From positions 1 through 36,647 of the forward strand of contig JBAXOY010000017.1 in the NCBI GenBank assembly GCA_037133055.1: a stretch of 36,647 nucleotides of DNA. Direction: 5' to 3'. The notes below the pieces were generated by a model. It was not told where the DNA came from. It worked only from the letters and a program-made list of their open reading frames with translations, and made no database searches. Below are positions 1 to 9,864 of this stretch, in pieces. Each line of letters starts with the position of its first letter. Position 1 is the stretch's first letter. The stretch is from Chlamydiota bacterium. Lineage in GTDB: Bacteria; Auribacterota; Tritonobacteria; UBA1439. Made by a program: the position numbers and the translations under genes.

Positions 1-478
1 GGATATCCTCCCGCCAGAGCGTGACGGGGGCCAGGGCCTCGAATTCGGGCCGGAGTTCCCCGTCGTCCCCCAGCAGGATCTCGAACGGGATGCCCGCGTG
101 CTCCTTGAACCACCGCAGGAAATTCAGGAGCAGGATGGGGGCCCCCATCCGGCGGGCGTCGTGCGAGATGAAGAGGACCTTCCCCCCGCGGAGGGATGCG
201 GCGGCGCGGGACGGTGCGGAAGCGGCGCGTTCCTTCCCCTCCGCGCGGGCCGTCGTCCGGCGGAAAGTGGCGGCGATGTTCCTTCCCGCCCGCACCAGAA
301 GAGAGCGCAGCGCGTACCACTTCTCGCCGAGGCGCCAGACCGACGTGCGCTCCATCGCGTCGATCGCCTCCTGGAGATGGGTGATCTGCCTCGTCAACTT
401 CCCGATCTCCTGCTCCGCGCGGGCCGCGCGGAAATCATCCCGGGGCGCGCCTCCGGGTGCGGGTGTATTCCCTTTCAT
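1..478 (-). CDS. GT4-family glycosyltransferase, N-terminal part (runs off window start)
   Basis: Not in the ORF track because it is truncated. Manual translation: MKGNTPAP...LQEAIDAMERTSVWRLGEKWY...KVLFISHDARRMGAPILLLNFLRWFKEH...ELRPEFEALAPV. GGAGGGAG SD precedes ATG 478; an alternative ATG at 499 overlaps the upstream stop (ATGA). Confidence 0.8.
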   Translation of the reverse strand, partial: MKGNTPAPGGAPRDDFRAARAEQEIGKLTRQITHLQEAIDAMERTSVWRLGEKWYALRSLLVRAGRNIAATFRRTTARAEGKERAASAPSRAAASLRGGKVLFISHDARRMGAPILLLNFLRWFKEHAGIPFEILLGDDGELRPEFEALAPVTLWREDI

Positions 479-495
479 CGCTGGCTCCCTCCGCG

Positions 496-1896
496 TCATG
501 CCCCGCCCCCCCCGAGAGAGACCTCGAGCAGGCGCCTGATCTCCGGGATCCACCTCGACGAGTCGAAAAGCTCCCCGGCTGTCGCGATCCCCGCGGCGGC
601 GATGTGCGCGCGGAGCCCGCGGTCGGAAAGAAGCGTCCGGATCGCCTCCGCGAGCGCGCCCGGATCCTCCGGCGTCACCAGGAGGCCGTTCTTCCGGTCG
701 CGGATCACTTCGGGGATCCCCGAAACATACGTGGAAACGACGGGCACGCCCATCGCCATCGCCTCGGAGATCACCGTGGGGAAGCCGTCCCGCTCGCCGT
801 CCGGGGCGTAGACCGAGGGATGCACGAGGACGGCGTCCGGCGTGAAATACGCCATCGCCTCGTCGTTGGGGAGCCCTCCCGTGAAGACGACCCGGTCGTC
901 GAGCTTCAGCGCGGAGGAGAGATCCCGGAGCCGGGCGCGCAGCGGGCCGTCGCCGATGACGAAGAGCTCGAAATCCACCCCCCGTTCCTTCAGCATCCCG
1001 CACGCCCTGAGCAGGTGCCGGTGTCCCTTCTTGGGCACCAGCCCTCCCACGATGAGGAGCCGCGGCCGCTTCGATCCCGATGCCGGGCAGGGCTTCACCC
1101 GCTCGAGGTCGAGGCCGAACCGCACGAGATGGATCTTCTCCCGGTGGCGCTCGGAGGTATATTCCAGGAGCCGCTCCCTGCAGAACGCGGTGTGCACCAC
1201 GGCGAAGTCGCAGAGATCCAGCTTCTCGTCGAGCATCTTGAACCCGTACTGGAAATCGAAATCCACGTAGGCGTTGAAACTGAAACTCGCCCCGAGCATG
1301 TGCGCCGCGACGATCGCGAAGTTCGTGGTGATGTTGGAGCAGTAGGCGTGGATGTGGGAGATGCCCTGCCCCTCCAGGAGATGCGCGAGGAGGAACCCGT
1401 GCACCGGGTGGATCCTGTCGGGCGCCGACCGGGGGCTGCAGAACATCCACCAGCCGCCCCCGCCCTCCCGCCGGTAGAGCCTGATGAGGTTTGCCACCCT
1501 CAGCGGGTGAAGGATGAGGTATTTCAGGTAGGCGAGGTAGCACGCGGCGAAGCCCGCGCCGCCGTCGAGCGACGGCATGAAGGCGATCCCCCCGGCGAGG
1601 CGCCGCGTGAGCGGGGTCTCGTAGGCGTCATCCCCCCTCTCGAGGGCGACCAGCGCGCAGTCGAAGATCTCCCTCAGGCGCGCGACTTCCCGGTAGATGA
1701 AATGGAGTGTCTGGTCGGGGATGCGCGTGACGACGATGGCCAGGCGTCCCCCCCTGCGCCGGGTGAACGGAACGTACCGCCGATGCAGAAGCAGGGCGAC
1801 GGGGAGAATGAGGCAGCTCGCCGCCCCGCAGAGCCCGAGCCCGAACACGGGCGGCACAAGCCGCTTCAGGAATCTCTTCAGCGCTTTCATACGCAC
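496..1896 (-). CDS. GT4 glycosyltransferase (WcaL-like)
   Basis: VGGLVPKKGH, DGFPTVISEAMAMGVPVVST and GIPEVI GT-B motifs; HIHAY N-domain motif; start may be ATG 1890. Confidence 0.9.
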   Translation of the reverse strand: MRMKALKRFLKRLVPPVFGLGLCGAASCLILPVALLLHRRYVPFTRRRGGRLAIVVTRIPDQTLHFIYREVARLREIFDCALVALERGDDAYETPLTRRLAGGIAFMPSLDGGAGFAACYLAYLKYLILHPLRVANLIRLYRREGGGGWWMFCSPRSAPDRIHPVHGFLLAHLLEGQGISHIHAYCSNITTNFAIVAAHMLGASFSFNAYVDFDFQYGFKMLDEKLDLCDFAVVHTAFCRERLLEYTSERHREKIHLVRFGLDLERVKPCPASGSKRPRLLIVGGLVPKKGHRHLLRACGMLKERGVDFELFVIGDGPLRARLRDLSSALKLDDRVVFTGGLPNDEAMAYFTPDAVLVHPSVYAPDGERDGFPTVISEAMAMGVPVVSTYVSGIPEVIRDRKNGLLVTPEDPGALAEAIRTLLSDRGLRAHIAAAGIATAGELFDSSRWIPEIRRLLEVSLGGGGA

Positions 1897-1954
1897 TCTC
1901 GATCCGCCGGTCCCGCGGCGACGCGCCGGCTCCCGTCACCCATGCAGCCCGCGC

Positions 1955-2854
1955 TCACCTGAACCTGCGCCCACGGCACCGGATCGTCGCGGGGAGGTGG
2001 AGCAGGTTCCATGCACACCCGGCGAGGAGGTGGCTGACCTTCCACGGAACGTCCGTGGCCCGGCCCCCGCGGTCGGACAGGTCTTTCGCGCACGCCTTCA
2101 GGAACCGCCTGCAGCCGAAGTACTTGATGATGAAACGGTACCGATTCCTCAGGTACAGGAGGTAGAAGCGGCGTGTCCTCCCTCCCATGAACGACATCTC
2201 GTGGTGCCGCGCCACCGCGTCCGGGTCATAGACCACCTTGAACCCGGCGCGCCGCGCCGCCTCCGCCCAGTCTATCTCCTCGCAGTAGATGAAATAGTGC
2301 GGATCGAAAAGGCCTGTCGCATCGAGGCACTTCCTGCTGATCATCATGGCGGCGGCCATCACGTATCCCACCTCCCGCCGCGCGTCGTACTGCCCCCTGT
2401 CCTCCTCGAATATCCCGTAGTGCCCGAACCGCACATCCGCGTCGTAATAGCCGCCCGCGTGCTGGAGGGTGCGGGTCCCGGAGTAGTAGATCTTGCACCC
2501 CGCGATCCCCACCGACGGATCATCGAAAAAGCAGCTTAGCATCCTTGAGAGCCAGCGTCCCTCCAATTCCGCGTCGGCGTTCAGCAGGACCAGGTACTCG
2601 CCGCGCGCGGCGCGGAGCCCGACGTTGTTCCCCTCGGAGAAACCGAGGTTGCGGTCATTTCGCAGCACCCGCACCCGCGGGTGGTCCTTCTCGACATACC
2701 CGGCCGATCCGTCGCCCGATGCGTTGTCGACGTAGATCGTCTCAACCCTGTCGCGGGGGTAGTCGAGCCCCTCGACGGACCGGAGGCACGCGGGGAGGAA
2801 GCGCTCCACGTTCATCCCGACGATGACGATGGACACGCGCGGATATTCCGTCAC
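1955..2854 (-). CDS. GT2 glycosyltransferase
   Basis: VSIVIV...VDNASGD...NLGFSEGNN...LLNAD...YCEEID motifs. GTG start at 2854 overlaps the upstream TGA (GTGA); the ORF-track start at 3148 is over-extended. Confidence 0.9.
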   Translation of the reverse strand: MTEYPRVSIVIVGMNVERFLPACLRSVEGLDYPRDRVETIYVDNASGDGSAGYVEKDHPRVRVLRNDRNLGFSEGNNVGLRAARGEYLVLLNADAELEGRWLSRMLSCFFDDPSVGIAGCKIYYSGTRTLQHAGGYYDADVRFGHYGIFEEDRGQYDARREVGYVMAAAMMISRKCLDATGLFDPHYFIYCEEIDWAEAARRAGFKVVYDPDAVARHHEMSFMGGRTRRFYLLYLRNRYRFIIKYFGCRRFLKACAKDLSDRGGRATDVPWKVSHLLAGCAWNLLHLPATIRCRGRRFR

Positions 2855-4038
2855 GGCGCCGCCCCCTCGTACACCGCATCCATCGTCTTCGCGATCCGCG
2901 CGTAGTCGAACTCCTCCGCCCTCCGCCGGGCGGCGGCCCCCATCCTTCCGGCGAGATCCCGGTCGAGGAGGAGGGCGCACACGGCCCCGGCAAATGCCCG
3001 GGGCCGGTCGGCGACCGCGATCTCGCGGCCGTTCTCGAGACCGAGCCCCTCGCACCCGACGGAGGTGGAGACCACGGGAATCCCCATCGCCATCGCCTCC
3101 AGTATCTTGACCCTGGTGCCGGCCCCCACCCGGAGGGGCACGATGCACACGGACGCCCTGGCGATGTGCCCCCGCGCGTCGCCGGGGTCATCCACGAGGG
3201 CGATGCGCCGATCCCCCGCGAGGAGGCGCAGCGCCGCCGTAGGGCCAGGGCCGACGACCGTGAGCCGCGCGCCGGGAATCTCTTTCCAGATACGGGGGAG
3301 AATATCCCGCATGAACCAGCGCGCCCCCTCGTCGTTCGGGAGCCAGGACATCGTCCCGGTGTACACCATCGTCTCGGGCTCCTGCCCGCCGCGCGCGGGG
3401 GAGAAGCGCCGGATATCAACCCCGTTGGGGACGATCGCGATATCCCGGCGCCCCGTGAGCGCGCCGAGCAGTTTCGCTTCGTTCTCCGAAAGCGCGATCA
3501 GTCGGTCGTAGAGGGATGAGACCCTCCTCTCGTAGGCCCGCATCCTGAGCCACTCACGGAACGCGCGGAGTTTTTCCGCCGGGTTTCTGCGCGTGGCGAA
3601 TACCCGGTACTCGAAAAGCGAACAGGCGTTGTGGAACACGAGGATCGCCGGTATGCGCCGCGCGAGGCCGTCCAGCCATATGCCATTGGTCGAGTGTTCC
3701 ACCTGGACTGCGTCGAACCCCCGATCGAGCAGCGCCGCGACCTTCGCGCGCATCTGCCCCCTGAAGATGCCGGTCTCCCTGACCTGCGCCGGGAGTTTCG
3801 AGAAGTCATCGAAGATGAAACCCCGGGAAGGCGCGGCGGCCCGGTCGGCCCCCGACACCCGCTCCACCGCGATCCCCATCCGCTCCAGCTCCCCGGCCTC
3901 CTCCCGGCGCCCCTGCGCGGTGGTGAGGACGGTGAACGAGTGCTTCCCCGCGAGTTCCCGCATGAGGCAGAAGCAGCGGCTCTCCGTCCCCGGCCCCGGC
4001 ATTCTCGGGACCTGGTCGGTGATCGAGAGTATCCGCAT
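2851..4038 (-). CDS. GT4 glycosyltransferase
   Basis: IVPNGVD, YTGTMSWLPN, PLRVGAGTRVKILEAMAMGIPVVSTSVGCEGL. Confidence 0.92.
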   Translation of the reverse strand: MRILSITDQVPRMPGPGTESRCFCLMRELAGKHSFTVLTTAQGRREEAGELERMGIAVERVSGADRAAAPSRGFIFDDFSKLPAQVRETGIFRGQMRAKVAALLDRGFDAVQVEHSTNGIWLDGLARRIPAILVFHNACSLFEYRVFATRRNPAEKLRAFREWLRMRAYERRVSSLYDRLIALSENEAKLLGALTGRRDIAIVPNGVDIRRFSPARGGQEPETMVYTGTMSWLPNDEGARWFMRDILPRIWKEIPGARLTVVGPGPTAALRLLAGDRRIALVDDPGDARGHIARASVCIVPLRVGAGTRVKILEAMAMGIPVVSTSVGCEGLGLENGREIAVADRPRAFAGAVCALLLDRDLAGRMGAAARRRAEEFDYARIAKTMDAVYEGAAP

Positions 4039-4058
4039 CGCTCAGCCCCCCCTCCCCG

Positions 4059-5093
4059 CTACTCCGATATCGCGCGGTACATCTCCATCATCCTCGGGAC
4101 GACCGCCTCCCAGTGGAACGAGAGGGCCTTCTCCCGCGCATGCCGGCCCATCTCCGCGCGGCGGCGGTCGTCGCCCAGAAGCGCGAGGACGGCGTCGGCC
4201 ATGTCCCGGGCCGTGCCTCCCGGGGCCGCCAGGACGGCGCACGAGGGATCGGCGTAGTCCCGAACCCCCCCGACGTCCGTCGAGACCACCGGCAGGCCGC
4301 AGGCCATCGCCTCGAGCAGAGCATTGTTGAAGGTGCAGTCCTCGAGCGGCAGGACGAGCAGGTCCGCGGCGCGGTAGAGCGCGCGGAGCTCCTCGTCCGA
4401 CACGCCGCTCCTGAGCTCCACGTTCCCGAGGCCCTTGAAATGCCGGAAGCGCGGGGGGAAGGTGACGATCACGAAGCGAACGCCCGCGTCCCTCTCATGG
4501 ACCGAAAGGATCACTCTTCTCATCATTTCGAAATCGCGGAGCCACTGCCCCACGAAGATGCACGTCCGGCCGGGCCTGTCGACCGGAGGACCGGGCGAGA
4601 AAAATTCCGCGTCTATCGGGTGCGGGATGAGGAAGACCCTCTCCTCCGGGACCAGGCGTCTGAAGTAGGGCACCTGGTTGCTCGCGACGACGTGGACCGC
4701 GCTCAACCGCCGCACGTGGTTCGTGCAGCCGGCGATCCGCTCGAAGACCCCCGGCGGCTGGTGGAAGGAGGCGACCACCCTCGCGCCGCGCACCCCGTTC
4801 AGGAACCCGAGGTAGCGGTAGCAGTCGTCGCCGAAGACGACGTGGTAGATGCGGTTTCGCCGCGTCAGGATCGAGAGGGCGGCCAGGCACTCGTCCCTGA
4901 GGTTGAAGATCGTGTACTGGTGCAGGCCGGAGAGGCGGTAGAGCCGGTGGTTGAGCCAGCGGACGGGCGCCGACGGGGGGGCGTAACTGATCGTCCGCTC
5001 GATGTTGCCGGTCCCGATCGCAGCCGCCATCCGGTACAGCGGATGGTGCGCCGCGTGGTGCCCGTGCTTCTCGCAGATATAGGTGATCTTCAT
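4059..5093 (-). CDS. GT4 glycosyltransferase
   Basis: DCTFNNALLEAMACGLPVVSTDVGG. ATG 5093 (MKITYI); an alternative GTG at 5135 is coupled to the upstream stop. Confidence 0.88.
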   Translation of the reverse strand: MKITYICEKHGHHAAHHPLYRMAAAIGTGNIERTISYAPPSAPVRWLNHRLYRLSGLHQYTIFNLRDECLAALSILTRRNRIYHVVFGDDCYRYLGFLNGVRGARVVASFHQPPGVFERIAGCTNHVRRLSAVHVVASNQVPYFRRLVPEERVFLIPHPIDAEFFSPGPPVDRPGRTCIFVGQWLRDFEMMRRVILSVHERDAGVRFVIVTFPPRFRHFKGLGNVELRSGVSDEELRALYRAADLLVLPLEDCTFNNALLEAMACGLPVVSTDVGGVRDYADPSCAVLAAPGGTARDMADAVLALLGDDRRRAEMGRHAREKALSFHWEAVVPRMMEMYRAISE

Positions 5094-5131
5094 CGTACGG
5101 GCCGTCCCGCCGGCTGCGGGGGGTTGGACGA

Positions 5132-6367
5132 TCACGCCCCCGCGAGCCCGGACAGGGTGTGCTCCACCCTGTCTATCATGACTTCTCTGGTGAACGCGCG
5201 CCCGACCAGCGCGCGCGCATTTCCCGTCAGCCTCTCGGCGAGACCGGGGTCCCCGATCAGCGCCCGGATCGCCTCCGCGAGCGCCGCGGCGTCCCCCGCG
5301 GGAAACACGAGGCTGTTCTCCCCGTCCGCGAGGACTTCCCTGCTCCCCCCCAGGGGCGTGCCGATGACCGGGAGTTCGGCGGCGAAGGCCTCGAGGATCG
5401 CAAGGGAGAAAGGCTCCTCCCACATGGAGGGGAATATCAATGCGTCATGGGCGTGATAGATCGCGGGCATCTCCTCCCGCGAGGCGGGCTTCAGAAAGCG
5501 GACCGCATCGCCCGGCCCGAGATCCGCCGCCCTTTTCCTGAGATCGTCCACGTACCCGGGGTCGGTCTCGGGGCCGCAGAGATCGAGCGTCAGATCCCGC
5601 ATCCCGTCCCGGCGCAGGATGCGGACCGCCTCTATCGCGGTGTGCACCCCCTTGTCGGCGCACATGCGGCCGGCGTACAGGAGGCGGGCGATTTTCCTCT
5701 CCTTTCTCCCGCCTTTTCTCCGGAACGCCTCGACATCGATCCCGCAGTAGATGACCGGCGCCCGCTCGACCGCATAGCCCTTCGCCTGGTACGCGTCCCT
5801 GAGCGCCCTGCTCGTGAAATAGCAGGACTCCGGCGTGAACGGCTCATGGGCGAGGGTGATTCTCGACGAGAGCGCCTTCCGGGCCAGACGCTTCGCCCAC
5901 CGGAGACACAGTCGCTGCGCGTCCCTTCCCCAGAGCTCGACCCACGCGTCGAGCGGGATAGGCCCCCGGTTGTACAGCCAGATCCAGTAATCCGATATGT
6001 CGAAAAGGACCGGGACGCCGGCATGTCGCACCGCCGCCACGATCGAGGGGGCGATGTTCAGCCCCTGCCACACATGGATGACATCGGGGCGAAAATCTTT
6101 TAGAAGCCTCCGGAGATAGGCGTTGTCCCTGAGTTCGAGCCCGAGCCTCTCCCCGAACGGCAGGCCCCACGGCCCTCCCCCAGGGAAAAATCCGAGCGCG
6201 CGGTGGACATGGTCCTCGGTGACCCGGCCGCGGCACCCCTTTGTGCCGGTGAGCACGCGGACGTCGTGCCCCTTCCCCCGCAGCCCCTGCGCCACGTCGC
6301 TGCACCGCATCTCGTACCCGCCCATGCTGTGCGGGGGATAGAGGTTGGTGAGCACGAGTATTTTCAT
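5132..6367 (-). CDS. GT4 glycosyltransferase
   Basis: MKILVLTNLYPPHSMGGYE; YAGRMCADKG; FPSMWEEPFSLAILEAFAA. Confidence 0.93.
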   Translation of the reverse strand: MKILVLTNLYPPHSMGGYEMRCSDVAQGLRGKGHDVRVLTGTKGCRGRVTEDHVHRALGFFPGGGPWGLPFGERLGLELRDNAYLRRLLKDFRPDVIHVWQGLNIAPSIVAAVRHAGVPVLFDISDYWIWLYNRGPIPLDAWVELWGRDAQRLCLRWAKRLARKALSSRITLAHEPFTPESCYFTSRALRDAYQAKGYAVERAPVIYCGIDVEAFRRKGGRKERKIARLLYAGRMCADKGVHTAIEAVRILRRDGMRDLTLDLCGPETDPGYVDDLRKRAADLGPGDAVRFLKPASREEMPAIYHAHDALIFPSMWEEPFSLAILEAFAAELPVIGTPLGGSREVLADGENSLVFPAGDAAALAEAIRALIGDPGLAERLTGNARALVGRAFTREVMIDRVEHTLSGLAGA

Positions 6368-6373
6368 GCGGGC

Positions 6374-7465
6374 CTATACCAGTTTGAGGATCCTGAACAG
6401 ATCGATCCATCCCATGGATGCCTTCCGCACGAGCCTGTTCAGCGGGCGGTACTGGCAGAGCGTGGCGTCGAGCTCGCACCCCGACCAGCAGTCCTTGTAG
6501 CCGCAGGCCTTGACCCTCCTCCTGACCTCCCACGCCCGCGGCGAGTTCCAGACGTCGTCGATCTCGGCGGCGGCGATTCCGCCCATGACGAACTCCTCCC
6601 GGCCCGCCATCGTGACGCAGGGGTACACGTCTCCCAGGGGGTTGAGGTAGATCGAGGTGTAGCCCGCGAAGCACCTGAGGGGGCGCGCGCCCTCGGGCTC
6701 GAACCACTCGTCGATGCCGGGGAACCCGGCGACCTCCACGACCCTCCGTCGCTCGGCGTCGGTGAACGCCCTCGCGCTGTAGTCGCTGTCGAGGTTGGAC
6801 AGGTTGGGGGCCTGCTGGATGATGGAGAAGTGGCACGGGATGGATTTGCTCCGGCAGAAGTCCCTGAGTTCGTCGATGTGCCCGATGTTCATCGGCTGGA
6901 GCGTGCAGCAGGCGAGCGCGCTCAACCCGGGGAACTCCCCGCGGAGGGATCGAAGGGCGTCGATCGTCCTCTCGACGCCGGCGAACACCCCTTCTCTCCC
7001 GCGGATCTCATCGTGCAGGTCGCCCGCGGCATCGAGGGAGATGGAGACGCACAGCGTCCTGCCGCCTCCCAGCCCCTCCATCGCGTGACGGACATCCTCG
7101 ACGATCCTCTCCGTCATGGCCCCTCCCGTGGCGATGGAGAAGGACCCCGCGCGCTCGAGCCGCAGCAGGGCGTGGAGGAACTTGCCAAACCCCGGCTTCA
7201 GGAACGGTTCGCCGCCGGTTATGGACACATGCCCACGATCGCCCAGCAGCGTGGTGTTTTCGAGCCTCCTGATCCACGTGTCGCAGTCGAGCTCCCTGTC
7301 GAAGCCCCCGGTCTGCTTCCAGATATTGCACATCCTGCAGCGAAGCGCGCAACGGTGCGTGATGCCGATCGTAAAGTAGCCGATCGGAAGCGGGGACACC
7401 GCCCCGGTGAGGCGGGACAAGAAGTTCCTGGCCACGCTCGTGTAGCGTGATAGTGTGCTCGCCAT
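6374..7465 (-). CDS. Radical SAM protein with SPASM/twitch domain
   Basis: CALRCRMC (CX3CX2C), TGGEP; C-terminal CFAG...GDVYPC...C..CWSGC. Confidence 0.92.
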   Translation of the reverse strand: MASTLSRYTSVARNFLSRLTGAVSPLPIGYFTIGITHRCALRCRMCNIWKQTGGFDRELDCDTWIRRLENTTLLGDRGHVSITGGEPFLKPGFGKFLHALLRLERAGSFSIATGGAMTERIVEDVRHAMEGLGGGRTLCVSISLDAAGDLHDEIRGREGVFAGVERTIDALRSLRGEFPGLSALACCTLQPMNIGHIDELRDFCRSKSIPCHFSIIQQAPNLSNLDSDYSARAFTDAERRRVVEVAGFPGIDEWFEPEGARPLRCFAGYTSIYLNPLGDVYPCVTMAGREEFVMGGIAAAEIDDVWNSPRAWEVRRRVKACGYKDCWSGCELDATLCQYRPLNRLVRKASMGWIDLFRILKLV

Positions 7466-7583
7466 GGTTACTCGCGATTTCGAGGCGATTCCGTTTCGGG
7501 TGAAGGGGCGGACGGCGGAAGCGGGCGCCTGCGACCGTGCACCCGCCGCTCGTTACCCGCGGGCGATTAACAGACTGGGGCAT

Positions 7584-7618
7584 TTGCTGATGGTCTGCCC
7601 GCCATTTTAGTATATAAT
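7584..7618 (+). promoter_or_regulatory. Candidate promoter for the rightward operon
   Basis: TATAAT at 7613-7618 with overlapping TAGTAT at 7608-7613, and TTGCTG 18 bp upstream of the latter; AT-rich island in a GC-rich background. Confidence 0.45.
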
Positions 7619-7626
7619 CGGCTTTG

Positions 7627-7656
7627 ATTATATCTCTTTGCGCAGAGACATGGCAA
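7627..7656 (-). promoter_or_regulatory. sigma70-type promoter for the leftward operon
   Basis: Minus strand TTGCCA (7651-7656), 18 bp, TATAAT (7627-7632). Confidence 0.6.
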
Positions 7657-7672
7657 CGAGTTAAAGGAAGCC

Positions 7673-8479
7673 ATGGCCCGTATCCTCATCATAGGCGAAA
7701 GCCCGCTGCCCTTCGAAGAGAGCGCCCCCCTTCACGCGCCCGGGGCGCGGACGTGGCAGTTCGCGAAGCACCTTTCCGGCGGCGGCAACGAGATCCTGGT
7801 CGTCGCCCTGCGCGGGCGGGCCGCCGGAAGGGGAGAAGGCGGCGCCGGGCTGTCGCACGACGGGATTCCCTGCCGCTTCATCGAAGCGGAACGCGCGTCG
7901 CCGGATCATCTCCGCGGCGTGTGCGGGCTCTTTGCCCCCGATGCGCTCATCGGGATCGGGCTCGCGGGGGCATCCCTCGCCGCCGCATTCCGGCCCGACC
8001 TTCCCCTGTGGGCGGACATGGACGGGGATCCGCTCTTTGAAACCATTCTTCGCAAGGAAAGCGACGGGCGGCTCCACGATCGGTGGCTGATGTTCCGGAC
8101 GATCATCCGCGGGGCGGATCTCCTTTCGGTTTCCTCCTCGGCGCAGAGATATATCCTGATCGGGGAACTCGCGACCCAGGGCAGGCTGTGCGCGAAGAAC
8201 GCGGGCCGCGAGCTCGTCTTCTGCATCCCGCCGCCGGCGGACGGCCTTTCCGTCCAGTCCGGGACCGACGCGGCCCCCGTCAGGCAATGGGCATCCTCCC
8301 CCTGCCGGACGGAAAGGTCGGTCGCCATGGCGGAACTTACCGTCCTCCCCTGGCTTCTCGACCGCGAGGATATCGCCGCAAAGCTCGACGAGCTCCGCGC
8401 GCTCAAGGGGTCGCGCCTCCTCCGCGCGCTCCTCGCCGTCGTCAGGGTTAAAAATACGCTCACGGGGGGAGGGGCATGA
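7673..8479 (+). CDS. GT4-like protein lacking the C-terminal Rossmann domain (internally deleted paralog of the next gene)
   Basis: Colinear with 8476..9864 at the N-terminus (PLPFE..APGxRTWQ, LPxWAD, GELATQGR) and the C-tail (RQWA, AKLDELRALK) but about 190 aa shorter; AAGGAAG SD. Confidence 0.75.
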   Translation: MARILIIGESPLPFEESAPLHAPGARTWQFAKHLSGGGNEILVVALRGRAAGRGEGGAGLSHDGIPCRFIEAERASPDHLRGVCGLFAPDALIGIGLAGASLAAAFRPDLPLWADMDGDPLFETILRKESDGRLHDRWLMFRTIIRGADLLSVSSSAQRYILIGELATQGRLCAKNAGRELVFCIPPPADGLSVQSGTDAAPVRQWASSPCRTERSVAMAELTVLPWLLDREDIAAKLDELRALKGSRLLRALLAVVRVKNTLTGGGA

Positions 8480-9864
8480 GCGCTATCCTTTTCATGGGCG
8501 CCGGGCCTCTCCCGTTCGAGAACACGCGCCGTTTCTCCGCCCCCGGCGGCAGGACATGGCAGCTCATACGCCCACTGCTGAAGGATGGTCATCGCGTGCT
8601 GCTCCTCGCGCTCTATCCACGGGACAGCGAGCCCGTCCCCGCCGGGGCCGCCTCGCCCGAGAAGGGCCTCACGTGCAGGCCGATCACCCGGGACACCCTG
8701 CGCGCGCCCGGCGCCCTTCCGTCCCTGCTCGGCGAGTTCAGGCCGGACGCCCTCGTCGCCACCGGGGCGGAGTCCTGCTGCATTGCCGCCGGCGCGAGCG
8801 GGGAACTCCCCTTCTGGGCCGATGTGTTCGGGGACCTGCTCGCCGAGGCCCAGGCGAAAGCGGCCCGGTGCGAAGACGATCACTGGGTCGCGTCGTTCTG
8901 GAGCCGGTTCAGGCCGGTCCTGCTGCGGGGCGACCGGTTCTCCGCAGTCTCGACGCCCCAGAAATATGCGCTCCTCGGCGAGCTCGCGACGCAGGGGCGC
9001 GTGAACGCGGCGAACGCGGGCACCGAGCTCGTGCACGTCGTCCACAGCGCCGTTCCCGGGATTCCCTACCGGCGCGAAAGCCGCGCGGTCCGCGGGAGCA
9101 AGGTCGGCGAAGGGGATTTCGTCGTGCTCTGGAGCGGGGGATACAACACCTGGGCCGATACCGAAACCCTTTTCCTCGGCCTCGAGTACGCCATGGAACG
9201 GAACCCCGCCGTCAAATTTGTCTCGACCGGCGGGGAGATCCGGGACCACGACGAGGTGACCTACCCGCGCTTTCTCGACCGCATCCGCGGGTCCCCGCAC
9301 CGGGAGCGCTACGTGATGGAGGGCTGGGTCCCCCGGGAGAGGGTGAAGGATTACTTCCTCGATGCGGACGTCGGCATAAACGTGGACCGATTCCTCTACG
9401 AGGGGGTGCTGGGGTGCCGCACCCGCCTGCTGGACTGGGCCGCCGCGGGCCTCCCCGTCCTCACCACGGTGCTCTGCGAGCTCACCGTGACGCTCGATAG
9501 GGAAGGGCTCGTGACCGCATTCCCGATCGGCGATCCGGCCGCCCTGGGGAAAAGCATCCTCTCGCTCGCGGGAAACCGGGGTTCCTTGCGCGCCATGGGA
9601 CAGAGGTTCCGGGAATATGTCTTTTCCCGTTTCACCTATGAGGCGACGACCGGCCCGATCAGGCAATGGGCGGCGGCGCCTTTCGTGGTGGACCATCGCA
9701 CGAGCATGGACAGTCTCTCCCCGCTCCGGTTCGACGAGAGCCCGGAAGAACTCAAGGCGAAGCTCGACGAGCTCAGGGCGCTCAAGGCATCGCGGGCCTA
9801 CCGCCTGTTCCTCGCATTGACCGGCGGGGCCGCCCGGAGCGGGCGGCGGGGGATGATCCGATGA
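8476..9864 (+). CDS. GT4-like glycosyltransferase
   Basis: VLWSGGYNTWAD...GWVP...DADVGIN...RTRLLDWAAAGLPVLTT GT-B C-domain; ATGA coupling at both ends. Confidence 0.85.
   Translation: MSAILFMGAGPLPFENTRRFSAPGGRTWQLIRPLLKDGHRVLLLALYPRDSEPVPAGAASPEKGLTCRPITRDTLRAPGALPSLLGEFRPDALVATGAESCCIAAGASGELPFWADVFGDLLAEAQAKAARCEDDHWVASFWSRFRPVLLRGDRFSAVSTPQKYALLGELATQGRVNAANAGTELVHVVHSAVPGIPYRRESRAVRGSKVGEGDFVVLWSGGYNTWADTETLFLGLEYAMERNPAVKFVSTGGEIRDHDEVTYPRFLDRIRGSPHRERYVMEGWVPRERVKDYFLDADVGINVDRFLYEGVLGCRTRLLDWAAAGLPVLTTVLCELTVTLDREGLVTAFPIGDPAALGKSILSLAGNRGSLRAMGQRFREYVFSRFTYEATTGPIRQWAAAPFVVDHRTSMDSLSPLRFDESPEELKAKLDELRALKASRAYRLFLALTGGAARSGRRGMIR

Noticed and set aside
7466..7620. Riboswitch or ops/JUMPstart element in the ~150-nt leader of the leftward operon
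   Set aside because: GC-rich and potentially structured, but no GGCGGTAG or recognisable riboswitch consensus; would need an Rfam/Infernal scan.
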